This document shows, piece after piece, positions 18,757-27,786 of a stretch of 64,000 nucleotides of DNA. The notes below the pieces were generated by a model. That model searched no databases. It saw nothing but the letters and a program-made list of their open reading frames with translations, and had not been told where the DNA came from. The stretch is from Dehalococcoidia bacterium (GTDB lineage: Bacteria; Chloroflexota; Dehalococcoidia; GIF9; UBA5629). Position 1 is the stretch's first letter, and the number at the start of each line of letters is the position of its first letter. The DNA lies in the NCBI GenBank assembly GCA_050011565.1, contig JBEKIW010000002.1, positions 224,001 through 288,000 of the forward strand, in the 5' to 3' direction. The position numbers were made by a program, and so were the translations under genes.

Positions 18757-18870
18757 AAATTAAAAGTCAAAGACCAAAAGTCGGGGATTCAAATCAAAAG
18801 TTATAAATAAGCACTTAAATATTTTGGATTTATTATCTGCACTTTTAACTTTTTGCTTTTAACCTTTTAT
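18757..18870. repeat. AT-rich degenerate inverted heptamer arrays between convergent genes
   Basis: Left arm aaaagtc-aaagacc-aaaagtc; right arm ttttaac-tttttgc-ttttaac. Confidence 0.45.
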
Positions 18871-19986
18871 TTATTGCAGCCATTCCTTGCCGGCACGCTC
18901 ATTAACGCTGCACAATGACAGGTCTTCGGAGCCGACGCGCTTCTTGTTTTCTGGAATGGCTCTGACGCAATTTTTATTGCAGGAATCGCAGTTGACGATG
19001 TCGTCGAATCTACCTTCCTGCGCCTTTTTCGCCCATTGAGGGTCGGTGATAAGCTGACGCCCCAGAGCCACCAAATCAGCTTTATTCTGTGAGATAATCT
19101 CTGCGGCCAGCTCAGGTGAGTTAATCCGCCCCACGGCTATCACGGGCATATCTACCGCCTTCTTTATCGCCTCGGCCTGAGAAATATATGTACCCATCGG
19201 CTGCCTTTTCGACGGCATGATTTGCCTGGCAAGCCTCCCATAAGAAACATCGATGATGTCAACCCCAGCCTTTTTCAGAGCCTGAGCCAATTTTAGGCTC
19301 TGCTCCAGCATGATGCCTCCCACCACGCCCTCTTCGGCGGACAGCCGCCAGAATAAGGGATAATCTTCACCCACCGCCTTTCTGACTGCTTTGACACATT
19401 CCAGGGCAAAGGTCATCCTCTTCTCCACACTGCCACCGTATTTATCGCTTCGCTGGTTATCCAGAGGGGAGAAGAACCGGTGCAGCAGGTAGGCATGAGC
19501 ACCGTGAATGTCGACAAAATCCATACCGGCTTCCCTGGCGCTGGCTGCCGCAGCGGCAAACTTGCCGGTTATGATTTTAATTTCAGCCGCCTTAAGCTCA
19601 CGAGCCTCTCTCGTGGCTGAGGGGGCAATAAATTCACCTTGCGTACCCGTAAGTCCGGCAGGAAAATGAAAGCCGTGCCACAGCTGAATGCCAATTTTAG
19701 CTCCGGTATCATGAATGTCGGCAACCAGCGATGACAGCCCTTGCAGGAACGAAGCCAGGGCTCCGCTTTTTCCCCAAGCTTCGTCGGAGGCCAGTATATC
19801 CACAGCGGTCGCCGGCAGGATGATAGTACCTACACCTCCTCGGGCTCGCTCAAGATAGAAAGCCCTGGCCCTCCGGCTGCGGAATCCCAGGCTTAGCTGC
19901 ATCGGCGCCATGACTATCCGGTTCTTGATTTGGAGGCCCTTGATTGTAAATGGTGTGAACAAGGCAGAAATATTATTCTGTGGCAT
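18871..19986 (-). CDS. NADH:flavin oxidoreductase (Old Yellow Enzyme family) with C-terminal Fe-S motif
   Basis: KNRIVMAPM, ERARGG, HGAHAYLL, NQRSDKYGGS, CDSCNKNC...CSVN. Confidence 0.9.
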   Translation of the reverse strand: MPQNNISALFTPFTIKGLQIKNRIVMAPMQLSLGFRSRRARAFYLERARGGVGTIILPATAVDILASDEAWGKSGALASFLQGLSSLVADIHDTGAKIGIQLWHGFHFPAGLTGTQGEFIAPSATREARELKAAEIKIITGKFAAAAASAREAGMDFVDIHGAHAYLLHRFFSPLDNQRSDKYGGSVEKRMTFALECVKAVRKAVGEDYPLFWRLSAEEGVVGGIMLEQSLKLAQALKKAGVDIIDVSYGRLARQIMPSKRQPMGTYISQAEAIKKAVDMPVIAVGRINSPELAAEIISQNKADLVALGRQLITDPQWAKKAQEGRFDDIVNCDSCNKNCVRAIPENKKRVGSEDLSLCSVNERAGKEWLQ

Positions 19987-20065
19987 CGTCTTATAAGCCT
20001 CTCTGGTGTTTGATTTTCACATTAGTTGGGGATGGCTGCGATAGTCTCGCAGTGACGACTACCGG

Positions 20066-20479
20066 CTACACTCTGTAGCAAATCTCCGGTAGTTTCTTAT
20101 CCGTATTGCTGTCCCTTACGTACCTAAGCATGTGAATTGCATAGAGAATGACAAAGCCGGCTAAATCCTCACCCCGCATCATCTTTATTCTGTCGCCGGA
20201 GAATAAAACTTTAAGATTGCTGGCGAACTCGTCGTCAGCACGGTTAAACACATAAAAGACCCGCACTCCGGGAAATATCTCCTTGCTTATCGCCCAATCC
20301 TCGCCAATTCCCAGCGATTCTACCTTGCCGCCGATAAACCCGGCTAATTCTGACACATCGGTAACGTATTCGAGGGCTTCCTTCCTGGATCTAAGCGCAT
20401 GGTCAATCTGCTTCTGATGCGGGCTGACCGCTCCTTCTATTTGCTGAAGACTAATTAATTTCTTGTCCTTAAGCCCCAT
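20066..20479 (-). CDS. DUF3786-like protein
   Basis: FPGV...DDEF...LF...ED pattern recalled from DUF3786; follows cooC. Confidence 0.55.
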   Translation of the reverse strand: MGLKDKKLISLQQIEGAVSPHQKQIDHALRSRKEALEYVTDVSELAGFIGGKVESLGIGEDWAISKEIFPGVRVFYVFNRADDEFASNLKVLFSGDRIKMMRGEDLAGFVILYAIHMLRYVRDSNTDKKLPEICYRV

Positions 20480-20503
20480 TCAATACCTTCCTGTATAAGC
20501 GAT

Positions 20504-21259
20504 TTACAGCTCAAATTTGGAGATGATTTCCTTTACGCTTTGCCTGAGTGGTGAGCCTTCAGGTAGCTCGATTATCGGTTTTCCTTTTATATCCAGATCG
20601 GCAAGATTCGGGTCTTCGGGTATAGTAGCTATAAGCTCCAGGCCGAAATCGCTGACAGCCTTTCCTATCTCCTGTGGCAGTCCGTTTTTAAGTCGATTTA
20701 CTGCCAGTACTACCTTGCCGACCTTGGTTCTCATTTCCTTGATCAAATCCTTCATCCTGGCCGCCGTGGTTATGCCCCGCATGGTAACATCCGAGACAAT
20801 AAGCAGTATGTCAACATCCCGCGTTGTCTGACGGCTTATGTGTTCCATGCCCGCTTCCGAATCGATAACGGTATAATCGTAGTTCTTAGCTAATCTATCG
20901 ATAGACAGGCGCAGCATGTGATTGGCGGCGCAGTAGCACCCGGGCCCCTCCGGCCGCCCCATAGCCAGCAGGTCAACCTTAGCCGACTCCACCAATGCCT
21001 GTCTTATCTTCATATCCAGAAGGTCTTGCTTGGAAACGGTGGGCGAAAGCCGTCCTTTTTGTATATCTTCAGTGACATCCTCGCGAGCCCTGCCCACAGT
21101 CTCTCCCAGAGGCAGACCCAAAGCCGCATTTAGATTGGTGGCAGGGTCGGCGTCAATTGCCAGAACTACCCCTTTTTTGGACAGCAAATCTACCAATAAA
21201 GCAGCGATTGCCGTCTTGCCTACACCTCCTTTTCCCGCTATTACAATCATTTTGCCCAT
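20504..21259 (-). CDS. cooC: CODH/ACS nickel-insertion ATPase CooC/AcsF
   Basis: GKGGVGKT, IDADP, GPGCYC, DSEAGMEHISR. Confidence 0.93.
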   Translation of the reverse strand: MGKMIVIAGKGGVGKTAIAALLVDLLSKKGVVLAIDADPATNLNAALGLPLGETVGRAREDVTEDIQKGRLSPTVSKQDLLDMKIRQALVESAKVDLLAMGRPEGPGCYCAANHMLRLSIDRLAKNYDYTVIDSEAGMEHISRQTTRDVDILLIVSDVTMRGITTAARMKDLIKEMRTKVGKVVLAVNRLKNGLPQEIGKAVSDFGLELIATIPEDPNLADLDIKGKPIIELPEGSPLRQSVKEIISKFEL

Positions 21260-21405
21260 CTCAACCCTCCAAACTCGCTATTGAACAATTAAGACGCACT
21301 CAAGCAATGTCATCGGCTTGTGCGACGTACTATTATACCTTGAAATGAATATCACAGTCATTTTGGGCTGACAGCCGCTGTTTCCTAGTTAGTTTTACCC
21401 GCCCC

Positions 21406-21434
21406 TTGCAGCAGGTTGACATTTAATGTATAAT
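21406..21434 (+). promoter_or_regulatory. Sigma70-type promoter of the zinc-ribbon/RRM locus
   Basis: TTGCAG-N17-TATAAT; implies a leader of about 110 nt. Confidence 0.55.
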
Positions 21435-21552
21435 ACTTATTCAGTGGTTTCAGTTTAGGTTCATCACAACTTAGTTTATATTACTCATATTTACTCAAGT
21501 GCTGGATGACCAAGGCTCCAACCAACTATTTATAAGAGAGGAGGTCATCTAG

Positions 21553-21843
21553 ATGAGTTATCAGGACAAGTCTATCCAGTGTTCCGATTGCGGAACCACA
21601 TTTACCTTCAGTGCCGAAGAACAAGAGCTCTTCGCGTCTAGAGGCTATACCAACGAGCCCAAGCGCTGCGAATCCTGCCGCCAGGCAAGGAAATCAGAGC
21701 GTTATGGAAGCAGGCCCCAACGGCAAATGTTCCCCGCAACTTGCGCCCAGTGTGGCAAAGAGACACAGGTACCGTTTGAGCCCCGTGAAGGTAGACCCGT
21801 ATATTGTAGCGATTGCTACAATAAGGCCAAACTAAGCAAATAA
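21553..21843 (+). CDS. Zinc-ribbon / CxxC-x17-CxxC domain protein
   Basis: CSDCG..FTF..EEQ..F...G..NEPKRC..CR and CAQCG...VPFEP..GRPVYCSDC; SD GGAGGT. Confidence 0.9.
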   Translation: MSYQDKSIQCSDCGTTFTFSAEEQELFASRGYTNEPKRCESCRQARKSERYGSRPQRQMFPATCAQCGKETQVPFEPREGRPVYCSDCYNKAKLSK

Positions 21844-21858
21844 AGCTGCTTTTTAGTA

Positions 21859-21892
21859 CATGCATAGGCTGGGTGTCCTCAGCCTATGCATG
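21859..21892. other. Intergenic hairpin with a perfect 13-bp stem
   Basis: CATGCATAGGCTG-N8-CAGCCTATGCATG; no U-tract on the + strand. Confidence 0.7.
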
Positions 21893-21925
21893 CTTATACT
21901 ACACATTAAGCAAAGGAGGCATCAA

Positions 21926-22285
21926 TTGAATATCTATGTGGGTAATCTATCCTATGAGGTAACCGAAGAGGAATTGCGGGACGAATTCGCGGCTTTCGGA
22001 GAAGTGGCCTCGGCAAATATAATAAAGGACAAGTATAGCGGGCAATCTAAGGGATTTGCATTTGTTGAAATGCCGTTGTTGTCTGCAGGCCAAGCGGCTA
22101 TTACCGGCTTGAACGGTAAAATGCTGCAGAACCGAGCAATAGCTGTAAGTGGTGCCCGTCCTCGTACTGACAACAGAAATAGTCGTGGCTCTTATGGCGG
22201 TGGTGGTTATGGCGGTGGTGGTAGAGGCGGCAGAGGTGGTGGTGGAGGTGGCAGGAGTGGTGGCGGAGGCAGGAAAAGGTATTAA
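21926..22285 (+). CDS. RRM (RNP-1) RNA-binding protein with Gly/Arg-rich tail
   Basis: TTG start after AAGGAGG; IYVGNL (RNP2), KGFAFVEM (RNP1), RGG/GGG tail. Confidence 0.93.
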   Translation: MNIYVGNLSYEVTEEELRDEFAAFGEVASANIIKDKYSGQSKGFAFVEMPLLSAGQAAITGLNGKMLQNRAIAVSGARPRTDNRNSRGSYGGGGYGGGGRGGRGGGGGGRSGGGGRKRY

Positions 22286-22316
22286 TAGCTTAATCACCTC
22301 AGGATAGGAGCAGCAA

Positions 22317-23105
22317 ATAACGAGAAATATACATAGCAATACAATAATCGTTGGCAACCTCAACATCCGCTACTTTACCGGCGGGCAAGGCGACCCGCTG
22401 GTGATAATTCACGGAGGAGGCGACGGGGCCAGGGCGTGGTTAAAAAATGCAGAGGAGCTCTCCAAGTACTATAGCGTTTATATCCCCGACCTCCCCGGCT
22501 TCGGCCTCAGTCAATCGGCTAACGACAGGTTTCATTTACCTGAATACGTAGCCTTTATAGAAGACTTTTCATCTACGCTGGGCATTGAGCGCTTCCATTT
22601 AATGGGGCATTCCATTGGCGGCGGCATCGCCCTACACTATGCGCTGAAATTCCCACAGAAAATAAGGGGGCTGGTGCTCGTCAGTAGTTGGTGCCTGGGA
22701 ATTGAAGCTGCGCTGTGGGTCAGGCTCCTGTCTCACCCGGCTCTTTGCAGGTATCTTGGGGAAGCCGGCATTGCCGTCTCCAAGGGCGTCAAATGGCTGG
22801 CTCGTTCATTTTATGCTCCTTTCAGATTCGCCAATCCTATTACCCGGGTCAAGATGGACATGGGGAAGACCATGATAACTTTGAGGGGGCAGACTACGGT
22901 ATTACAGGACCGTCTTTGCGAACTGACTATGCCTACGTTGGTGGTGTGGGGTGATGGGGACCGTATCGTACCTGCGGCTCATGCCTACGTGGCCGCCGAG
23001 TTGATTCCCGATTGCCAGCTATATGTCTTCAAAGGCTGCGGGCATAACGCATACAAGCAAAGAGTCGAGGAGTTTTCGCAGCTTCTGGCAAGATTCCTGG
23101 ACTAA
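22317..23105 (+). CDS. Alpha/beta hydrolase; probable ATA start
   Basis: IRYFTGGQGDPLVIIHG, DLPGFG, GHSIGG, WGDGD, GH; frame open back to a stop at 22305. Confidence 0.88.
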   Translation: MTRNIHSNTIIVGNLNIRYFTGGQGDPLVIIHGGGDGARAWLKNAEELSKYYSVYIPDLPGFGLSQSANDRFHLPEYVAFIEDFSSTLGIERFHLMGHSIGGGIALHYALKFPQKIRGLVLVSSWCLGIEAALWVRLLSHPALCRYLGEAGIAVSKGVKWLARSFYAPFRFANPITRVKMDMGKTMITLRGQTTVLQDRLCELTMPTLVVWGDGDRIVPAAHAYVAAELIPDCQLYVFKGCGHNAYKQRVEEFSQLLARFLD

Positions 23106-23293
23106 TAAACTCCCCGCTAACAAAAAATCCACCTATTTTTTTCTTATAACCTTTCCTTTAATCTCTATCTTTACACCTCCGAAGACAAATTGCTATTCAA
23201 CCACGTGAAGACATTCCTTTGGAGTGCTATACTATCTCCCCAGGAGCTAAAATCTCTCCGTATTCCGCTAAAAAAGAAAGGGGAAAGAACGCC

Positions 23294-24502
23294 ATGGAGG
23301 AATACAAAGTCTACAAGTATCGATGGGTTATTCTGGCTGTCTACATGTACGTAGCCGCACTGACGCAGCTCTACTGGCTGAACTTCGCCGCCATCGACAC
23401 CTTTATCGAAGAGCGTTTAAGCATACCGGCCAGCAGCGTCATGTGGTTCACGCTGGTCTTTCCCCTGGTGCAGGTCTTGCTTACCATGCCTGCAGGCCTG
23501 ATTATCGATAGAAAAGGGTTTAAATATGGCGTCGGCATAGGCGCTCTGTTCACCGGCGTATTTGCCATGCTCCGCCTGGCCAGTCCCGACTCATTTACCA
23601 TCCTTCTGATTTCCCAGATAGGTATTTCAATCGGGCAGCCTTTTATATTAAACGGCGTTACCAAGCTCGCCGTAACCTGGTTTCCACAGAAAGAAGAGGC
23701 AACCGCGGTGGGGCTTGGTTCACTGGCATTGTTTGTCGGTATGATGGTTGCATTAGGGGCAACTCCGGCGCTGGTGCAATCTCTTAGCTTCGAAACAATG
23801 CTTCTGGTCTACGGCGCCATAGGCCTTCTGGGAGTGGTGCTATTCTTTGCACTGGTTAAATCTAAGCCCGAAACGCCGCCGAGAGAACTGGAAGAGCAGG
23901 TGGAAATCGCCGGTTGGCAGGGCATCAAGCATATCCTGAAAATCAGGGACTTCGTTATCCTCGGATTCATTGCCATGATTGGTATTGGCGTCTTTAATGG
24001 GCTGGCTACCTGGCTGGAGAAAATATTGAACGAACTGCATCAAATCCCAATGACCGACGCCGGAACTATATCGGCAATACTCATTCTCTCCGGTATGCTC
24101 GGCTGCATTATTATACCCATGGTTTCGGATAAAATCATGAAGAGGAAGCCTTTTCTAATAGCAGCATCTGCAATCGGAGCTCTGGGCATTGTCGCTTTGA
24201 TGATTTCCAAAGGCTACTCCCTGAATATGCTGAACGGCATCATTCTCGGCTTCTTTTTGATTTCGGCTCTGCCCATAATGCTGACCATGTCCACCGAGAT
24301 TACCGGCGCCAGATTTGCCGGTATTTCAGTTGGCTATTTGCAGCTCTTAGGCAACGCGGCTGCCGTAGTTATTGTTCCCGTAATAGAATTTATGCGCGGA
24401 ACCACCGGGCAGTATATCTGGCCGCTGGCATTCATCGCCGGGCTATTGGGCATATCCTTCATACTGTCAATAGTGATAAGAGAGCCGGCAAAAAGCAGGT
24501 GA
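23294..24502 (+). CDS. MFS transporter
   Basis: YRWVIL, GLIIDRKGFK (motif A), WFPQKE, VSDKIMKRK; about 12 hydrophobic segments. Confidence 0.92.
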   Translation: MEEYKVYKYRWVILAVYMYVAALTQLYWLNFAAIDTFIEERLSIPASSVMWFTLVFPLVQVLLTMPAGLIIDRKGFKYGVGIGALFTGVFAMLRLASPDSFTILLISQIGISIGQPFILNGVTKLAVTWFPQKEEATAVGLGSLALFVGMMVALGATPALVQSLSFETMLLVYGAIGLLGVVLFFALVKSKPETPPRELEEQVEIAGWQGIKHILKIRDFVILGFIAMIGIGVFNGLATWLEKILNELHQIPMTDAGTISAILILSGMLGCIIIPMVSDKIMKRKPFLIAASAIGALGIVALMISKGYSLNMLNGIILGFFLISALPIMLTMSTEITGARFAGISVGYLQLLGNAAAVVIVPVIEFMRGTTGQYIWPLAFIAGLLGISFILSIVIREPAKSR

Positions 24503-24530
24503 ACTGAAATTCGTTAGGCCTTACCGGGGT

Positions 24531-25190
24531 CTACTGTGCTGTTTCGCCATAGATGGCAGCGAAGAATGCCTTTTCCAGTTCAACCGCCTCAGCCGGGAGC
24601 TGGTTAACTTTGCCTATACTCAGTGCCGAGACGTATATTTTGGCCATCTCCTCCGCCAGCTCACAGATAGTCAGGGCTTCGCGCATGTCCCTGCCTACGG
24701 AAAGAACGCCATGATTTGCCAGTATGACGGCGTTTCTCGGCCCCAGCGCCGAGACCACACTTTTCGCCAACTCGGGAGTCCCCGGGAAAGCATACTCGGC
24801 AACTTTTATCTCCCCGCCGATATAGATAACCTGCTCATCGATTAGTGGAGGTATATCCAGGCGGGCAACGGCAATGGCGCTGCAAAAAGCGGGGTGAGCG
24901 TGAACCACGGCATTGACCTTTTTCCGCGCCTTGTGAACTTCGATGTGCATTATTGTCTCAATGGACGATTTTAGCTCACCTTCAACCCGCTTCCCGGCAA
25001 AGTCAACAACCACTATGTCGTCAACCTTGAGCGAATCGTAATAGCGGCCGCTGGGAGTAATGGCCAGCAGTTCCCGACCACCCGGGTCTTTAAGTCGCAA
25101 GCTAATATTCCCCGCCGTGCCCACCGCTAGCCCCTTCCTCTCCATCTCCTGAGCCGCTTCAATCACTTGCCTCTTTTCAGATTCCCACAT
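24531..25190 (-). CDS. Class II aldolase/adducin family protein (FucA-like)
   Basis: AGNIS, ITPSG, SSIE..MH, VVHAH, LANHG. Confidence 0.9.
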   Translation of the reverse strand: MWESEKRQVIEAAQEMERKGLAVGTAGNISLRLKDPGGRELLAITPSGRYYDSLKVDDIVVVDFAGKRVEGELKSSIETIMHIEVHKARKKVNAVVHAHPAFCSAIAVARLDIPPLIDEQVIYIGGEIKVAEYAFPGTPELAKSVVSALGPRNAVILANHGVLSVGRDMREALTICELAEEMAKIYVSALSIGKVNQLPAEAVELEKAFFAAIYGETAQ

Positions 25191-25286
25191 AACTATATCT
25201 TCTCCTGATTTTTGAGCATTATATCAGAACGTTCGGCTAGCTCACTATCCACAATTGGAACTAGGCTGACGTTGTCGATTGACTGC

Positions 25287-27188
25287 CTACTCGGGCTTCT
25301 TAGCGCCTGAGACCGGCACCAGGCTGAGTGGGGAGAGGCGGATGACGGCGTTGTATTCCGGCGGGCAGACGAGCTGGCAACTGCCACATTTGGTGCACTT
25401 GGTTTGGTCGATGACCTTTATACCCTTTTCATTGGTGACGATGGCTTTTACCGGACAGGATAATACGCAATGTTCACAGGCTCGCTCGCACTTTTCTGGA
25501 AGTATGTAATAGGCGATCAGCTCTTTGCACACCAGCGCCGGACACCGTTTCTCGATAATATGAGCTTCGTATTCATCACGGAAATAGCGAATTGTAGTCA
25601 GTGCCGGATTGGCAGCGGTTCTGCCCAGGCCGCACAGCGAACCACCCCTGATATCCTCCCCCAGCTCAACCAGCAAATCCATATACTCGGGCTTGCCTTT
25701 GCCGACGGTTATGTCTTCCAATATGTCCAGCATCTGCTTGGTGCCAATGCGGCAGGTGGAACATTTACCGCATGACTCCTTCTGCGTAAAGTCGAGGAAG
25801 AACTTGGCTGTATCAACCATGCAGTTGTCCTCGTCCATGGCAATCACACCGCCGGAGCCCATAATCGCTCCGGCTTTACGCAGTGAATCGAAATCCACCG
25901 GCGTCCGCAGCATGCTCTCCGGCAAACAGCCGCCGGAAGGTCCGCCGATTTGCACCGCCTTGAACTTTTTTCCGCTCCTCATGCCACCGCCGATATCGAA
26001 GATAAGCTCGTGCAGCGTCGTGCCCATGGCCACCTCTGCCAGGCCGGTGTTGACCATCTTCCCGGCCAGCGCAAACGCGGCTGTGCCCTTGCTCGCTTCA
26101 GTGCCAATGCCGGAAAACCAATCGGCGCCGCGAGCCAGTATCAGAGGAACGTAGGCATAGGTCTTGACGTTGTTAAGCACAGTAGGCTTGCCCCACAAGC
26201 CGGACTTCACCGAATGAGGTGGCCTGGCTCTGGGCATGCTCCGCCTGCCTTCGATAGCATACATCAGTGCGGTTGACTCGCCGGAGACGAAGGCGCCAGC
26301 ACCCTGGACTATCTCTATACCAAAGCTAAATCCGCTGCCCAAAATATCATCGCCCAGTAGTCCTAAATTCGCTGCCTGTTTCAAGGCGACCTCCAACCGC
26401 TCGATGGCCAGTGGATACTCAGCCCGGATATAGACGAAACCATCATGAGCACCGACGGCATAGGCGGCGATAATCATGCCTTCTATGACCTGCTGCGGGT
26501 CGCTCTCCAGTACCACCCGGTCCATAAAAGCCCCCGGGTCGCCTTCATCAGCATTACAGATAACATACTTTGTCCGGCCTGATGCCTGGCGGCACTGCTC
26601 CCATTTCCTGCCTGTGGGGAAACCGGCGCCACCACGACCCCTGAGACCCGATTTCTTTATCTCTTCAATTATGTCATCTGGCTTCATCTTCAGCGCTTTG
26701 ACCAGACTACCGTAGCCGCCATTGGCAATATAGTGATTTATATTCGCCGGGTCGATGTAACCGCAGTTACGCAGAAGCAGACGATATTCATGCTCAAATC
26801 TGGAAAGCTCAGGTATATAGACCGCTTTGTCCTCACCGCCGCCCAGCGTGCCCAGGGCCAGGTCGAGACAAGGGTCGTCGCCCACAACATAGCCTTCCAC
26901 AAGCGTAGGCACCACCTGAGGAGTTACGTTGTTGTAGCAAACGGTGAAGGAGCCCGGCTTGATTATTGTTACAAGCGGCTCAAACGAGCAAAGGCCGATG
27001 CAGCCGACCTCGGTCACCTTAACCCGGGCTTTTCTCTTCGCCAGCTCGTGGTTAAAGGCCTCGACTACGGGCAGTGCACCGGCAGCTCGCCCACACGTAG
27101 CCGTTCCAATGAGGATGTGTGGGACTTCACCGTGATAGTGGGAGTCCCAGTCCGCCTTGGCCTGCTTCTGAATCTCTTCAAAGGTCAT
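25287..27188 (-). CDS. NuoF/HydB-like flavin NAD(P)H-binding subunit with N-terminal thioredoxin-like and C-terminal 2x[4Fe-4S] domains
   Basis: SGLRGRGGAGFPTG, CNADEGDPGAFMDR, GGPSGG, SCGKCSTCR, LCGLG, two C-terminal ferredoxin motifs; alternative TTG start 27194. Confidence 0.93.
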   Translation of the reverse strand: MTFEEIQKQAKADWDSHYHGEVPHILIGTATCGRAAGALPVVEAFNHELAKRKARVKVTEVGCIGLCSFEPLVTIIKPGSFTVCYNNVTPQVVPTLVEGYVVGDDPCLDLALGTLGGGEDKAVYIPELSRFEHEYRLLLRNCGYIDPANINHYIANGGYGSLVKALKMKPDDIIEEIKKSGLRGRGGAGFPTGRKWEQCRQASGRTKYVICNADEGDPGAFMDRVVLESDPQQVIEGMIIAAYAVGAHDGFVYIRAEYPLAIERLEVALKQAANLGLLGDDILGSGFSFGIEIVQGAGAFVSGESTALMYAIEGRRSMPRARPPHSVKSGLWGKPTVLNNVKTYAYVPLILARGADWFSGIGTEASKGTAAFALAGKMVNTGLAEVAMGTTLHELIFDIGGGMRSGKKFKAVQIGGPSGGCLPESMLRTPVDFDSLRKAGAIMGSGGVIAMDEDNCMVDTAKFFLDFTQKESCGKCSTCRIGTKQMLDILEDITVGKGKPEYMDLLVELGEDIRGGSLCGLGRTAANPALTTIRYFRDEYEAHIIEKRCPALVCKELIAYYILPEKCERACEHCVLSCPVKAIVTNEKGIKVIDQTKCTKCGSCQLVCPPEYNAVIRLSPLSLVPVSGAKKPE

Positions 27189-27200
27189 CGCCAACCTCTT

Positions 27201-27280
27201 ATGTCACCCTGAGCGGAAGCGAAGGGTCTCTAGGCCCCTCACTCCGAGATTCTTCGTCGATTCTCTCCTCAGAATGACAT
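27201..27280. repeat. REP/MITE-like element, family 2 (TGTCA...GAG...GAGATT...CTC...TGACA)
   Basis: Terminal inverted repeats atgtca/tgacat; internal gcgaagggtctc/gagattcttcg; related copy at 59671. Confidence 0.72.
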
Positions 27281-27297
27281 TTAGGGTCATCACTTCC

Positions 27298-27786
27298 TTA
27301 CTGCTTTTCTGGCGGCTCCTGGCTTACTGGTTTAATTGTCACCAGCACTTCCTCGACCTTCGGAGGCGTCATCCTGGGATAGACGGAGTCGCTGACTACC
27401 ACGACCGGAGCCAGGGCACAGCAGCCGACGCAGGCTACTCTGTCCAGGCTGAACTCTTGGTCCGGCGTAATGCCACCTACCTGTATATCGAGCTCCCTGG
27501 ACATAGCCTCGAGTACCAGCCTGCCGCCGGCCAAATGACAGGCGGTGCCCATACAGACTTTTACGGGGTGCTTGCCCAGAGGTGTGAAGCGGAACAGATT
27601 ATAAAAAGTAGCGATGCCGTACACCGTGCTCTCCGGAATTTCCAGAAAGTCGGCGATGGCCAGCATCGCCTCTTTTGAAATATAGCCTAGCTTATGTTGA
27701 ACTTGCTGAAGAAGGGAGATTAAATGGCGTCTATCCTTCTTTCTTTTTATAAGGATGTCTGCCAGATCCTGGTTCAGTTCTGCCAC
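27298..27786 (-). CDS. NuoE/HydC-like [2Fe-2S] subunit
   Basis: VYGIATFY, VCMGTACH, ACVGCCALAP; start overlaps the acsC stop. Confidence 0.93.
   Translation of the reverse strand: MAELNQDLADILIKRKKDRRHLISLLQQVQHKLGYISKEAMLAIADFLEIPESTVYGIATFYNLFRFTPLGKHPVKVCMGTACHLAGGRLVLEAMSRELDIQVGGITPDQEFSLDRVACVGCCALAPVVVVSDSVYPRMTPPKVEEVLVTIKPVSQEPPEKQ

Noticed and set aside
20504-21259. Second ParA
   Set aside because: GCYC and EAGMEH motifs identify CooC.
22185-22270. GGT/GGC low-complexity tract as a satellite repeat
   Set aside because: It encodes the glycine-rich tail of the RRM protein.
25287-27786. Respiratory complex I (nuoEF)
   Set aside because: No other nuo genes are adjacent, and the domain architecture is HydB/HydC-type.
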